From contig CAVVUS010000008.1 of assembly GCA_963751345.1 (NCBI GenBank), forward strand, positions 1 to 64,000: a DNA stretch of 64,000 bases. Direction: 5' to 3'. The translations under genes and the position numbers were made by a program. Source of the stretch: an uncultured Chloroflexia bacterium (GTDB lineage: Bacteria > Chloroflexota > Anaerolineae > B4-G1 > SLSP01). Below the pieces are notes generated by a model, which saw only the letters and a program-made list of their open reading frames with translations, was not told the DNA's origin and did not search any database. Shown here piece after piece: positions 45,001-55,311 of the stretch (its first letter is position 1; every line of letters begins with the position of its first letter).

Positions 45001-48000
45001 ATCGGTCGACTCGACCTGCACCACGTACGAACCACTGGTCGGTGGCGTGAACGTGAGGGTGGCTGTGCCCGTACCGTCAGTCGTGACGTTGAGCGTGTCG
45101 ACGACGGTATCCTTGTGGGTCCACGTCCCCGATGCGAAGGGCTTGGTGGGCGAGACATAGGTCCACGTCCGCCGCGCCAGGGTGGCGCGCACGTGCTGGT
45201 CAGCCACCGGCTGCTCGTCCCAGTCCAGGGCCAGCAGGTCGACGAGGGCGGGCTTGCCCGCGGTAGAGACCCACGATTGGGGCTTGAGCCCGAGATAGAA
45301 ACGGCTCGTGTGCACGGTGAGGCTGCCGCTCTGGGTCACAGGGAAGCCCGTGTCGTCGGTGACCGTGGCCTCCACCTCCCAGCGCTGGGGGCCGACCGTA
45401 TCCTGGTCTGACAGCGGCGCGAGATCGAGCGGCAACGTCATGACGAGGCGGCCCTCTGCGTCCGTAACGCCGTCTCCCTCTGCAACGACCTCCGGCTCGC
45501 GCCAGGGCTCCCAGGACATCGTGTTGGCACCCCACTGCCACCAGCCGGAGACGTCGGGACTGAAGCTGTAGGGGCCGGCGCGAACCGTCCAGTGCACCGG
45601 TGCCTTGCTCACGCCGCCACCGCTGTAATAGCTCGCCTGGATGGCCACATGGGCCATCTCGCCATCGAGTTGGTCCGCCTGCTCGGGTACCACGGTGACC
45701 TCGAACTCGGGCTTACGGTAGGCGGCGACCGCGATCTGGATGCCGGCGATCTCCGGCGTTCCCTCACCGGTGCGCAGCGAAAGGCTGTAGGAGCCCAACT
45801 GCGCATCGGCCGGCAGGTCGAAGGCCCCATCGAAGGTGCCTGCGTCAGAGACGACGGCCTCGACGGTGTCGGTCCCATTGTCGCTCCACGACGTCAGCGC
45901 GACCTGGACCCCCATGCCCGGTTCGGGAAGGCTGTACCGGCCGTCATCGTCGTTGCGCAGGATGCCCCGGAAGTAGACGGTCTGTCCGGGCCGGTAGATG
46001 GGCCGGTCGGTCTGCAGATAGCCGCGATAGGCCGGAGGCTGGCTGTAGTCGTAGGTCACGCCAAAAGCCCAGGGGGCGACGTCGTAGTTCCAGTCGCTGC
46101 GGGCGATCCCGAAACCCGCCTGCCCCGGCTCGCCGGCGACGGCGGTGTAGGCCTCCCAGCGATCGCTCTGTGTGGGGATGGCGAGCCGGGCGATGCCGTC
46201 CGCATCACTGAGGCCGCGGCCAAGGAGGGTGCCGCTCGTTGAGAGTACCCGCACGGAGGCACCGGCGACCGGCTCTGCCGTGCGCAAGTCGGTCACCCAG
46301 ACCAGGGCCTCGTCGGGCCCAACCTTGAGCAGAACGTGCAGGTCGACCACGGCGACGCGCAGTCGCTCGGCCTGGCTGTTGGTCGAACCCGGCGTGCGCC
46401 ACATCACGCCGTAGAAGCCGGTGGGCAGCGCCTCGCCGTTCGCCAGTTGGACCGGGACGGCGGCTGTCCTGTTGAGCTGCCCGTCCGGGCTCACGGCGAC
46501 CTGCCGGCTCGATTGGAGCGACCAGTTGCCCTGGTATCCAAGGAAGTCACGCTCCTGCAGCGTGCCCACGTCCAGCGTAAGCTGCTGCACGTTGACCGCG
46601 GTGAAGTAGACCTCGGCGGGCGAGGCGCCGTCGAGCGTGAGCGTGTCATAGCGAGCCACCGGGGCGAAGATCGGCGGCGCGTTGTCGACGGTGAAGCAGG
46701 CCTGCGCCTCGCCGGTAAGCGTGTTGCCGTAGCGATCCGCCAGGCCCGGCAGCACGGTGACACAGTAGCGTACGCCGGCCTTCTTATCCCAGCTGACCCA
46801 AGCGCCCGGCTGGTCGCTGTAGGCGTCCCAGTAGACGTTGGCGTCAACGGTTCCCGCCCCTTCCTCGGTGACCCTCACCTTGTCCGTCGTCGTCGCAGGA
46901 TCGAGGAGACCCTCCAACTTGATCTGGACGCTCTCGTAGTAGGCAAGGCGCCCTGTCTTGGCGTCTGAGCCGGGGGAGATCTGCGCCACCCGCAGTGCCG
47001 GCACCGTGGTGAAGTCGGACTGCCGGCCTGCGGCGAGAACGCCGCCGTCAAGAGAGCGTGCTGTGGTGTCGATCTCGACTTCATAGGTCGTCTCCGGCGT
47101 CAGGAGCGTCGTGGGCGTGAAGACGAGCGTGGCCCCGGCGTCCTCCCAGCCGAAGCCGCCCGTGATCGGGCCATCGGGTACGCTCGACATCGAGAACGCG
47201 GCTTCGGTGGCTTCGGGGGCCATCGGCGTGTTGAAGGTCACCCGGACGGCGCCCTCCAGCGGGCACATTCTCGCGTGCCGTTGAAGGGCGAGACGTGCTG
47301 GACGCGCGGCTCGCTCGTGGAGAAGCTGATGCTGACCGGCGCCTCCAGTGCCGCCCCGCCGGCGGCCGAGACAGTCGTCGACAGGGCGACGGTATAGTGC
47401 GTGCCGGCACTCCAGGCAGGCGTCGGGTCAAAGCGATAGACGCTGCTGTTGACCCACATTCCCTGTCCCGAGACCGGTGGTGTGATCTCCAGAGGCAGCG
47501 GCGCGCACGAACCGCCGGACGTGGCGGCCTGTCCCGTGCAGTTCACGGGCACGACGGGGTAGTTGAAGGCCAGCAGCAAGGGGGTGTCACCGCGGAGGTC
47601 AACGGCGCCGGCGGAGGGGGTCGTGTGAGTCACCTCCAGCGGACCGACGGTGCTGAACGCGAAGGCCATCTCGCCGGTTAGCGACGTGCCGCCGGTGCTC
47701 TGCGCGTCCTGGCCGAGTGCCACCCGGTAACGCGTCGCCGAGGCCAGGACCTTGGGCTGGAAGGTGACCGTCTCGTCATCGTGCCAGGTGAAAGTTCCGG
47801 TCACAGCAGGCGTAACGGTGAGCGCCCGCTCCACACTCGCGCGATCCATCGGCTGGGTGAAGCGCAGCAGAATGCCCGCCTGCAGCGTCACCTCCTCGCC
47901 GTTACCGGGCATCGCGGTGACGACGGCAGGCGGAAGCCCGGCGACGTACGGCGGCTCGGTGGGCACCGGCGTGGGTACGGGCGGTGTCACCGTATCTGGT

Positions 48001-48433
48001 ACTTGCGTCTCCAATACGGCCGTGCCGCCAACCTGGGTCGTGGGCGTTCCAGCCGCCGGCACGCCTCCGGACGTCGGCTCCGCCGGCAGCGGATGGGCCG
48101 GCATGCCTGTGGGGAGCGACCGGACGATAAGTGCAACGGCCAGCAGGAGAGCCACAGCGCCCCCGGCCCACGCGAACCATAGCCTGCGGGGTGGGGCGGC
48201 TCGTTGAGGGATGCCGGCTCATGCGTGCGTGCCGCAACCGGACGGCGAGACGCTCGACAAAGGAAGGGGATGGATGGATGCGCCCTGCACTGCGCCGTAA
48301 CGCCTCCTCGACCTCCGCTGTGGGGTCTGACCCTGCCTGCAGGCCGTCGCCGATTTCTGCGTCTTCGCCCCTCTTGGGGCTCTTGTCCTTTTCCGAACCC
48401 CGGCTCTTCTCCGGGCTAGTCAGCTGTCTTCAT
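42062..48433 (-). CDS. Membrane-anchored alpha-2-macroglobulin with N-terminal cytoplasmic domain and Ig-like repeats; frameshifts ~48430, ~48200, ~47265, ~43230
   Basis: TDRPIYRPGQTV (MG2), VDKAVLAL, DVRQDFPDTALW, LPDSLTTW, FPYQCTEQ thioester, QNADGGWGWW, WETTQETAWA, EMYFPEVWGRS; TM WAGGAVALLLAVALIV. Confidence 0.88.
43195..43240. repeat. 18-bp tandem repeat inside the A2M gene
   Basis: GCGCCTCGGACGGCGTA(C) x2 plus a partial third copy. Confidence 0.8.
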
Positions 48434-49001
48434 CGACACACCTCTTCCTCAAGTCGGCTATTGCGCGTGAGACCAACATCTTCACTGCGGCGACGCTGCG
48501 CCCCATAGCGCGCGCCACGTCGTTCAGGGCCAGATCTCCCCAGTACCGAAGCTGCACCGCTTCACGCCGGTCGTCGCTCAGTTGTTGGAGCATCCGCTCT
48601 ACACAGCTCAGCACATCTCTGTGCCCGGCCAGGGCCTCCGGCCCGGGTCCGGTGCCTGCCTGTGTGGGCGCTACATCGTCCCAGGAGACCGTCGGACGGG
48701 CATATGCCGCGCGGTGGAAGTCCATACACTTGTGCCGCGCGATGCCGAACAGCCATCCCAGAAACGCGCTCCTCCGCCGGTACCGGGGCAGGGCCTCAAG
48801 CGCAGCCAAGAATGTCTGCGTTGTGAGGTCCTCTGCATCGTCCGCCGTGTTCGTGCGGGCGTAGCAGTACCGGTAGACCGCCGTGACGTGGCGCCGGTAG
48901 AGCGTCTCGAAAGCCACGTGGTCGTTGACAGCCAGCTCGGCCAGCCGGTCGTCGTCGAGCTCAGCATACGTGCTCGCCGATCCCGTGGACGGCTCGTCCA
49001 T
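48420..49001 (-). CDS. ECF sigma-70 factor
   Basis: AFETLYRRH...VYRY, DAEDLTTQTF, WLFGIARH; region 4 LSDDRREAVQLRY...VKMLVSRA; start uncertain. Confidence 0.93.
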   Translation of the reverse strand: MDEPSTGSASTYAELDDDRLAELAVNDHVAFETLYRRHVTAVYRYCYARTNTADDAEDLTTQTFLAALEALPRYRRRSAFLGWLFGIARHKCMDFHRAAYARPTVSWDDVAPTQAGTGPGPEALAGHRDVLSCVERMLQQLSDDRREAVQLRYWGDLALNDVARAMGRSVAAVKMLVSRAIADLRKRCVDEDS

Positions 49002-49250
49002 AGGCCATGATGCAGACTCGGGTGCAGAAGCAGATTCCGGCACAGGTATCCTCTCAGCGCTGAGGGCCCTTCGTGAATGACGTTCACCCTGAATGTCGTG
49101 GTTTGGGGAAGAAGGTAACAGGCAATCTACCAGGGACCGCGGGATTCGCAAGGCCAACGCCTTGCCCTGAGGCGAGCAAGATCCGCCGCATGCAGCAGGT
49201 TTGGTGTACAATGACGCCGGGTCAACGAACATATATCATCTGGAGTCTGA

Positions 49251-50468
49251 ATGGACAAAACGAAGCGCTCGCTCGGCCTGATCTTTTCGATCATGCTGTT
49301 GGACGTGATCGGGATGACGATCATGTCGCCTGTCGCCCCTTACATCGTGAAGGAGTACAGCGACAAGGCGCTGATGGTCACGATGATCACCGTGGTCTAC
49401 GCGGGCGCCCAGTTTGTGGGCGCACCCATCCTGGGCAAGCTTGGCGACCGGTACGGGCGTCGTCCTGTGCTGCTGATCAGCGTCTTCGGTGCCGCCGTTG
49501 GCTACATGATCTTCGGCCTGGGGCAGGCGCTCTGGGTGTTGCTCCTGGCGCGGATGGTCAGCGGCATCACCGGCGGCAACATGGCGACGGCCTCTGCCTA
49601 CATCGCCGACGTGTCGAAGCCGAACGAGCGCGTCAAGAACTTCACCCTGATCGGGCTGGCGTGGTCAATCGGCCTCATCCTTGGCCCCGCTTTGGGCGCG
49701 TTCTCCGGCGAGATGAGCCTCCGCGCACCAGCCTTCATCGCGGCGGTCCTTTCCCTCACGAACGTGGCGCTGGGCTTCTTCCTGCTGCCTGAGTCGCTGC
49801 CGAAGGAACGCCGCCGGGCAGCGCCCATCCGCTTGGGCGATCTCAACCCGATCGGGGCCATCAGTGGGATGGCGCGCAAGCCGGGGCTCGGATGGCTGCT
49901 GTTGGTGCAGGGCCTCTTCAACCTCGCGTGGAACGGCTCCACGAACACGGAGTCACTCTTCCTGATCGACAAGTTTGGCGCGCAGCCCTGGCAGATCGGG
50001 TTGCTGATGGCGCTCTATGGTGGCGCGATCGGTGCATCCCAGGCGACGCTGGTGTCCCGCTGGACGCCGCGCTTTGGCGAGCGACGGGTGGCCTCTATCT
50101 CTCTTCTGTTGGTTGCATTCAGCGGCTTGGCGGTCTTTGCCGCGCCCGTACTATGGCTTGTCTTCGTGGTGGCGGTGCTGAGCCGCGGCGCTGTGGCTTT
50201 CGTTTTCCCGGCACTCACGACACTCGCCGTGGGCCGCGTCTCCCGTGGCGAGCAGGGCGAGCTCATGGGCGTGACCACGGCCATCGGGAGCTTGACCGGC
50301 GTCCTGGGGCCGCTGCTGGCAGGCGTGTCCTACGATCGGATCATGCCCGGCTCGCCCTATTGGCTTGCCGCGGTCGTCCTGGTGGCGGCGGCTTTGCTGC
50401 TCAGCCGGTATCCCTATTCCTCCGTTGCCGTGGAGACGTTGCCTGTGAGCGCCTCGAGTGCGGACTGA
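49251..50468 (+). CDS. MFS drug/H+ antiporter (TetA-like)
   Basis: GKLGDRYGRRPVLL, SGITGG, AYIAD, GLILGPALG, LPESLP. Confidence 0.92.
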   Translation: MDKTKRSLGLIFSIMLLDVIGMTIMSPVAPYIVKEYSDKALMVTMITVVYAGAQFVGAPILGKLGDRYGRRPVLLISVFGAAVGYMIFGLGQALWVLLLARMVSGITGGNMATASAYIADVSKPNERVKNFTLIGLAWSIGLILGPALGAFSGEMSLRAPAFIAAVLSLTNVALGFFLLPESLPKERRRAAPIRLGDLNPIGAISGMARKPGLGWLLLVQGLFNLAWNGSTNTESLFLIDKFGAQPWQIGLLMALYGGAIGASQATLVSRWTPRFGERRVASISLLLVAFSGLAVFAAPVLWLVFVVAVLSRGAVAFVFPALTTLAVGRVSRGEQGELMGVTTAIGSLTGVLGPLLAGVSYDRIMPGSPYWLAAVVLVAAALLLSRYPYSSVAVETLPVSASSAD

Positions 50469-50488
50469 TCGCGGACGAGGGTGCGCCG

Positions 50489-51037
50489 ATGACGTTCGAG
50501 ACCGAGCGGCTGATCCTTCGTAGGTTTGCGCTCAAAGACTGGCGGGACCTGAAGGCCTACGTGCTCCTGGAGGAGGTCACCCGGTATGACTACGAGTATC
50601 CCAGCTCTGATGAGGAGCTCCGGTCCGTGGTCGAGACGTTCGCGACCGAAAGGGGGTACTGGGCGGTCTGCCTGAAGGAGAGCGGCAAGCTGATCGGGCA
50701 CGTTGTCTGTATGCGGAAACACCCAGCCGACCTGCGCACGTGGGAGCTGGGCTACATGTTCAACCCGGCGTTTCACGGTATGGGATACGCGACGGAGGCG
50801 TGTCGCCGTGTGCTGGACCACGTCTTCACCGACCTTGGCGCGCATCGGGTAGAGGCAGGTTGCGATCCGCGCAACATCCCTTCGTGGCGGCTGCTGGAGC
50901 GGTTGGGCATGCGGCGTGAGGCGCATCGTCTGAAGGCGGTGTTCCTGCGTCGGACGCCGAAGGGCGATCCGATCTGGTGGGACAGCTATGAGTATGCAAT
51001 CCTGGAAGAGGAGTGGACGGCGCAACATCGCGGCTGA
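50489..51037 (+). CDS. GNAT acetyltransferase (RimJ/RimL family)
   Basis: FETERLILRRF, ELGY, GMGYATEA, NIPSWRLLERLGMRRE. Confidence 0.92.
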   Translation: MTFETERLILRRFALKDWRDLKAYVLLEEVTRYDYEYPSSDEELRSVVETFATERGYWAVCLKESGKLIGHVVCMRKHPADLRTWELGYMFNPAFHGMGYATEACRRVLDHVFTDLGAHRVEAGCDPRNIPSWRLLERLGMRREAHRLKAVFLRRTPKGDPIWWDSYEYAILEEEWTAQHRG

Positions 51038-51053
51038 GTCACAGGGAGGCGAG

Positions 51054-51788
51054 ATGCCGGATCTCTTGGGAAAGGTCGCCATCGTCACCGGAGCAGGACG
51101 TGGTATTGGCCGGGCCATCGCGCTCGGATTCGCAGGGGCGGGGGCTGCCGTCTGCTGCGCGGCCCGGACGGAGGCGGAGGTCGAGGCGACCGCATCATCC
51201 ATCGTCCAGGCGGGAGGCCGGGCACTGGCCTGCGTGACCGACGTCACGTCGGAGGCCGACGTCGAGGCGATGGTCGGCCTGACCGTCGAAGCGTTCGGCG
51301 GTCTCGACGTCCTCGTCATCAACGCCGGGATCTCCCCCGATCCGGCCACCGTCGAGGGGAGCGACGTCGACGTCTGGCGCGCGACCCTCGATACCAACCT
51401 CACCGGCGCCTATCTCTGTGCGCGAGCAGCCATCCCGTATCTGCGAGCCCGCGGTGCGGGCAAGATCATCACGATCGGATCGGGGCTAGGACATCATGGC
51501 CAGCCTGCCGCCTCCGCGTATGCTTGCTCGAAGGCAGGGCTGTGGATGCTCACGCGGGTCTTGGCGCAGGAACTGGCGGGCGACAACATCAGCGTCAACG
51601 AACTCATTCCCGGCCCTGTGGAAACCTCACTGTCGACGCTCGATCCGCAGCACAGCGTCGCCGCGCTTCATGCCAGCGAGTGGCGAAAGCTGCCGGAGGA
51701 CGTCGTGCCGCTCGCGCTTTTCTTGGCCACCCAGCCTGATCGCGGCCCGACTGCGCAGAGCTTCAGCCTGATGCGGCGGGATACGTGA
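51054..51788 (+). CDS. SDR oxidoreductase
   Basis: TGAGRGIG, NAG, YACSK, PGPVET. Confidence 0.92.
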   Translation: MPDLLGKVAIVTGAGRGIGRAIALGFAGAGAAVCCAARTEAEVEATASSIVQAGGRALACVTDVTSEADVEAMVGLTVEAFGGLDVLVINAGISPDPATVEGSDVDVWRATLDTNLTGAYLCARAAIPYLRARGAGKIITIGSGLGHHGQPAASAYACSKAGLWMLTRVLAQELAGDNISVNELIPGPVETSLSTLDPQHSVAALHASEWRKLPEDVVPLALFLATQPDRGPTAQSFSLMRRDT

Positions 51789-51809
51789 CGTGGCTCCGGA
51801 GATAGGTCG

Positions 51810-52836
51810 ATGATTCCTGTGCCGGCGCCGGTGTTATCGGAGCTTGCGGCTGCGTTTGGCACGCAGGCCGAGCTTCTCTCACTTCGGGGGTGGGCAGCCA
51901 GAGGGTGACGGCGTCATCTATGCCTACCCTTATGAGGATGGGCGCCGCCTGCTCAAGATCATGGCCATGCCTGACGGCGATCAACGCATCGGTCGCCTCT
52001 GCCTGGACGAACGCTTACGCTTCGTGCGTTTCCTGGGTGAGAACGGCGCCCGCATCGTGCACCCACACTTTACGCCCCGCGGGAGCCTCTACGAGACGGT
52101 CGAAGCCGAGGATCACCTCTGGGTCGCCTATACGATGGACATCGTCGCCGGCAAGGGTCCGGCGCAGGACGCCTGGGACCCGGCGTTCTTCCGCGCCTGG
52201 GGACGGACTATCGGCCAACTGCACCGCCTCGCCCAGCAGTACCCGTCCTGGCAGAGCGCGACCGATCCCGAGACCAGTGCTCCTTTCCTCACGTGGAAGG
52301 AGGAATGGGCGAGCTTTCGCGACTGGTGCCGGGACGACGACGTAAGGGACGCGTGGGTCGGGCTCAAAACGCAACTTGACGCGCTGCCCGTCACCCGAGA
52401 CGCCTTTGGCTTCATTCACAACGATCCCCACATCTGGAACCTGCGGGCTGATGGCGACCGCATCACGCTGCTGGACTTCGACGTGGCGAACCACCACTGG
52501 TTCATGACCGACATCGGCATCGTGCTTCAGAGCGTGCTGATCTTCATTACCGGCGGCTTCCACGGTCCGCTGCACGATCGGGATCGGCTGCTGGCGTTCC
52601 TCGCGTACTTTGTCGAGGGCTACGAGCGCGAGAACGAGCTTGCTGCTGAGTGGTGGAACCGGCTGGACCTCTTCATCGCTTACCGGCGGATCCTGCTCTA
52701 CATCGTCACGGAGGGCGAATCGCCTACTCGCTCAGGGCTCCGTGCTTCTTGGAAGCGGATGATTCTCGCCAACGCTGATGTCGCCGGTCCTGCCTGGTAT
52801 CAGGAGATGCAGGGCACGCTATCTGAGGAACGCTGA
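51810..52836 (+). CDS. APH/choline kinase-like phosphotransferase; frameshift ~51880
   Basis: GQLH, IHNDPHIWN, LLDFD, DIG. Confidence 0.85.
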
Positions 52837-52974
52837 TCTCCGCGAGAGTCCCCGGAACTCCGGTATCGTGGGGCCCAGCACCTGAGCACGTATCGTCAGC
52901 GTCCGCACAATGTGAAACCCATCGCAGACGCATCTGTGCGGTTTGTCTACGGTGTGGCCTAGCGCGAAGTCAGT

Positions 52975-53070
52975 AGAGCCGTTCGGGAAAGGATTCCAAC
53001 TTCGTTCCCGGCGGATCGCAGATCCGCCCGGAACGTATGCCTTGGGAACCGGTTACCGAAAAGCCGCTCT
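52975..53070. repeat. Long imperfect hairpin containing repeat family B copy 3
   Basis: CGTTCCCGGCGGATC-GCA-GATCCGCCCGGAACG (53003-53035, 14/15 paired) with looser outer arms. Confidence 0.7.
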
Positions 53071-53079
53071 GCAACTGCA

Positions 53080-53484
53080 CTAGTCTGCAGCGGCTATAGA
53101 GATGTGTGCTTGGGCAATGAGCCAGGCGTCCCCACGCTTCTGCAACACGAAGGTAGCCCTCGCCAGCACGTCCCTCCTGTGACCTTCTCTCCTCAGATGG
53201 AATGCGGCATTCGCCGCGCCCCAGGCGACAGACCCTGCGGCAGAGATGGACATCCAGTCGTAGGAAATGCTCATAGCATCGGTATGTGACCAGTCTTTTC
53301 TGGCCTGTGCCTCGATCTCCGCCGGCCCGACGCGCTCCTCTTCGGCATCGGTACCGATGAGCACAACATCCGCGTCAGGCGAGAATATGGACTTCAAAGC
53401 TGACATGTCTTGTGCAGCGTAGGCGTCGCTCATCTTCTTCGCCATCTCTTTGACGGCGACCACGGTTGCAGCGTCCGCTTTCAT
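53080..53484 (-). CDS. SnoaL/NTF2-like protein
   Basis: DADVVLIGTD, GSVAW, RATFVLQKRGDAWLIAQAHIS. Confidence 0.85.
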   Translation of the reverse strand: MKADAATVVAVKEMAKKMSDAYAAQDMSALKSIFSPDADVVLIGTDAEEERVGPAEIEAQARKDWSHTDAMSISYDWMSISAAGSVAWGAANAAFHLRREGHRRDVLARATFVLQKRGDAWLIAQAHISIAAAD

Positions 53485-53726
53485 TGTCGGATCCCCTCTC
53501 TTATCCTGCATCGTACCGTTATCGGTGCGATAGACATCGATATGCGCACTGCGGCGAGCCACCGCACACCTGCGCCAGGAGATGGGGGCAGACTTGATCC
53601 CGGCGCGGCCTGCGAGACGTAGAGGAAGGTTTGAGGGGTTATGAAGAGGCGCGTCTTCGAGACGCCCGTCCCGCAGGGCGCCCGCCTCGAAGACGGAGGT
53701 GCCATGTGCTCGGTGGTTTTCGCAAC

Positions 53727-54158
53727 TCAGCTCGGGAAGGATTCACCCTCGACCTGGTTGGGAGCAGCGAACGAGAAGTGAGACTGGACGATAAGCCACT
53801 TGTCCCCGCGCTTCTCCAACACGGCTGTCCCTCTCCCCGGCAGTGCCATCTCCTGTCCTCCGGCCTTCATGTGGAAGGTCGCGTCTGCCGCTACCCAGGC
53901 GACCGGCCCGGCGGAGGAGATGGACATCCATTCGTAAGAAAGGCCCGTCTCGTCTGCCTGTGACCAGTCCCGCTTGGCCTGCTCCTCAATCTGCGCCAGC
54001 CCAATGCGCTTTTCGTCCGCGCCCGTTCCGAACATAACCACATCGGCGTCAGGCGCTATTCGCGACCGCAGGAGTGCCAAGTCCTGCTTAGCGTAGGCCT
54101 CCGTGAAGTCATTCATGGCCGCCATCACACCTTCTCGTGTTGCCGCATCTGCCTTCAT
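53727..54158 (-). CDS. SnoaL/NTF2-like protein (paralog)
   Basis: DADVVMFGTG, GPVAW, RGTAVLEKRGDKWLIVQSHFS. Confidence 0.88.
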   Translation of the reverse strand: MKADAATREGVMAAMNDFTEAYAKQDLALLRSRIAPDADVVMFGTGADEKRIGLAQIEEQAKRDWSQADETGLSYEWMSISSAGPVAWVAADATFHMKAGGQEMALPGRGTAVLEKRGDKWLIVQSHFSFAAPNQVEGESFPS

Positions 54159-54227
54159 GGTTGCTTCTCCTTTCATCATGGCGATGGGTTGTACTTGGTC
54201 ATCAACCAATTTGAACCATACTTATAT

Positions 54228-54270
54228 ATTATAATACGCACATCTTCCAAAAGTCAATGGGAAGATTGCG
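54228..54270 (-). promoter_or_regulatory. Sigma70-type promoter with inverted repeat around the -35
   Basis: TTGACT (54257-54252), 18 nt, TATAAT (54233-54228); ATCTTCC/GGAAGAT inverted repeat. Confidence 0.6.
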
Positions 54271-54360
54271 GGTAGTCTCTGTCGCCTGTATGATAGAGTG
54301 AGTCCAGTCACGGCAAGTGTCTGCGTCGCTGGCACGGCCACTGCCGAAGGGAGGTGTTCT

Positions 54361-55058
54361 ATGAGTATCCATATCGGTGCTGAGTCGGGCAGATTGCCCC
54401 GACGATCTTCTGCCCGGTGATCCATCTGCGGGCCAAGTTCTTTGCGGAGACCTTCCTCGAGGATGTGGTGTGCTTCAACCGGGTCCGCAATATGCTTGGG
54501 TTCACGGGGCGCTACGGCGACAAACACGTCTCGGTGATGGGGACGGGCATGGGCATTCCGACGCTCTCGATCTACGTTAACGAGCTCATCCGCGACTATG
54601 GCGTCACCACGCTCATCCGCGTCGGCACCTGCGGCGCGGTGCAGCCGGAGCTGGCACTGGGCGACATCGTCCTGGCGATGTCCGCCTCGACCGATTCGGC
54701 CGTCAATAAGCTGAGGTTTGGCGGCAGTGACTACGCGCCGACCGCCAGTTTTGACCTCCTTCTCAAGGCCTACGAGGTCGCGAGGGACCGCGGGATCGAC
54801 GCGAGAGTTGGACCGATCTTCTCCAGTGACTCGTTCTATGGCGATGATCCCGATTGGTGGAAGGTCTGGGCCGGGTACGGGATTCTGGCGGTGGAGATGG
54901 AGAGCGCGGGCCTTTACACGCTTGCGGCCAAGTTTGGTGCCCGGGCGCTGTCCGTGCTCACGGTCAGCGACAACATCGTGACCGGTGAGGCGGCGAGTTC
55001 GGAGGATCGTGAGCGTGCCTACCCGCGGATGGCGGAGATCGCGTTGGCGATCTCGTAG
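54361..55058 (+). CDS. deoD: Purine nucleoside phosphorylase; frameshifts ~54400-54430
   Basis: [48 protein letters not shown]. Confidence 0.93.
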
Positions 55059-55228
55059 AGAACGGCCGGTGGCCCGTCTTCGGACGCAACGCCGTCGTCG
55101 ACCGCCGCACACCCGTATCGGAGAAGACGCCGCCTCCGCGGGTACATTGCCGCGCAGAAGACGACCCGCCGGGTCGTCTCTACAACACCGCACATCTGCC
55201 GTCGTAGAGACGGGGTGGCCAGCCCTAC
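55055..55228. repeat. GTAG-type REP cluster; family A, second locus
   Basis: GCAGAAGACGACCCGCCGGGTCGTCTCTAC differs by one base from 26574-26603; GTAGAGA at 55055 and GTAGAGACGGGG at 55204. Confidence 0.8.
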
Positions 55229-55311
55229 GAAGGTCATCCATGCCTGTTCGCTTGCCCGGACGCAGCGGGTGCCTATCATGCCTGTCAAACATCTCACAGG
55301 CGGGAGGCGGC

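Noticed and set aside
48416-48433. In-frame TAG after ATG (MKTAD*) as amber or pyrrolysine readthrough
   Set aside because: The downstream coding frame is offset by one base. One extra A explains both the sigma C-terminus and the A2M start, and no pyl genes are present.
49251-50468. Calling the MFS gene tetA
   Set aside because: Family-level similarity only; no adjacent TetR and the substrate is unknown.
54240-54360. Purine riboswitch upstream of deoD
   Set aside because: No recognisable purine aptamer core; the region reads as divergent promoters.
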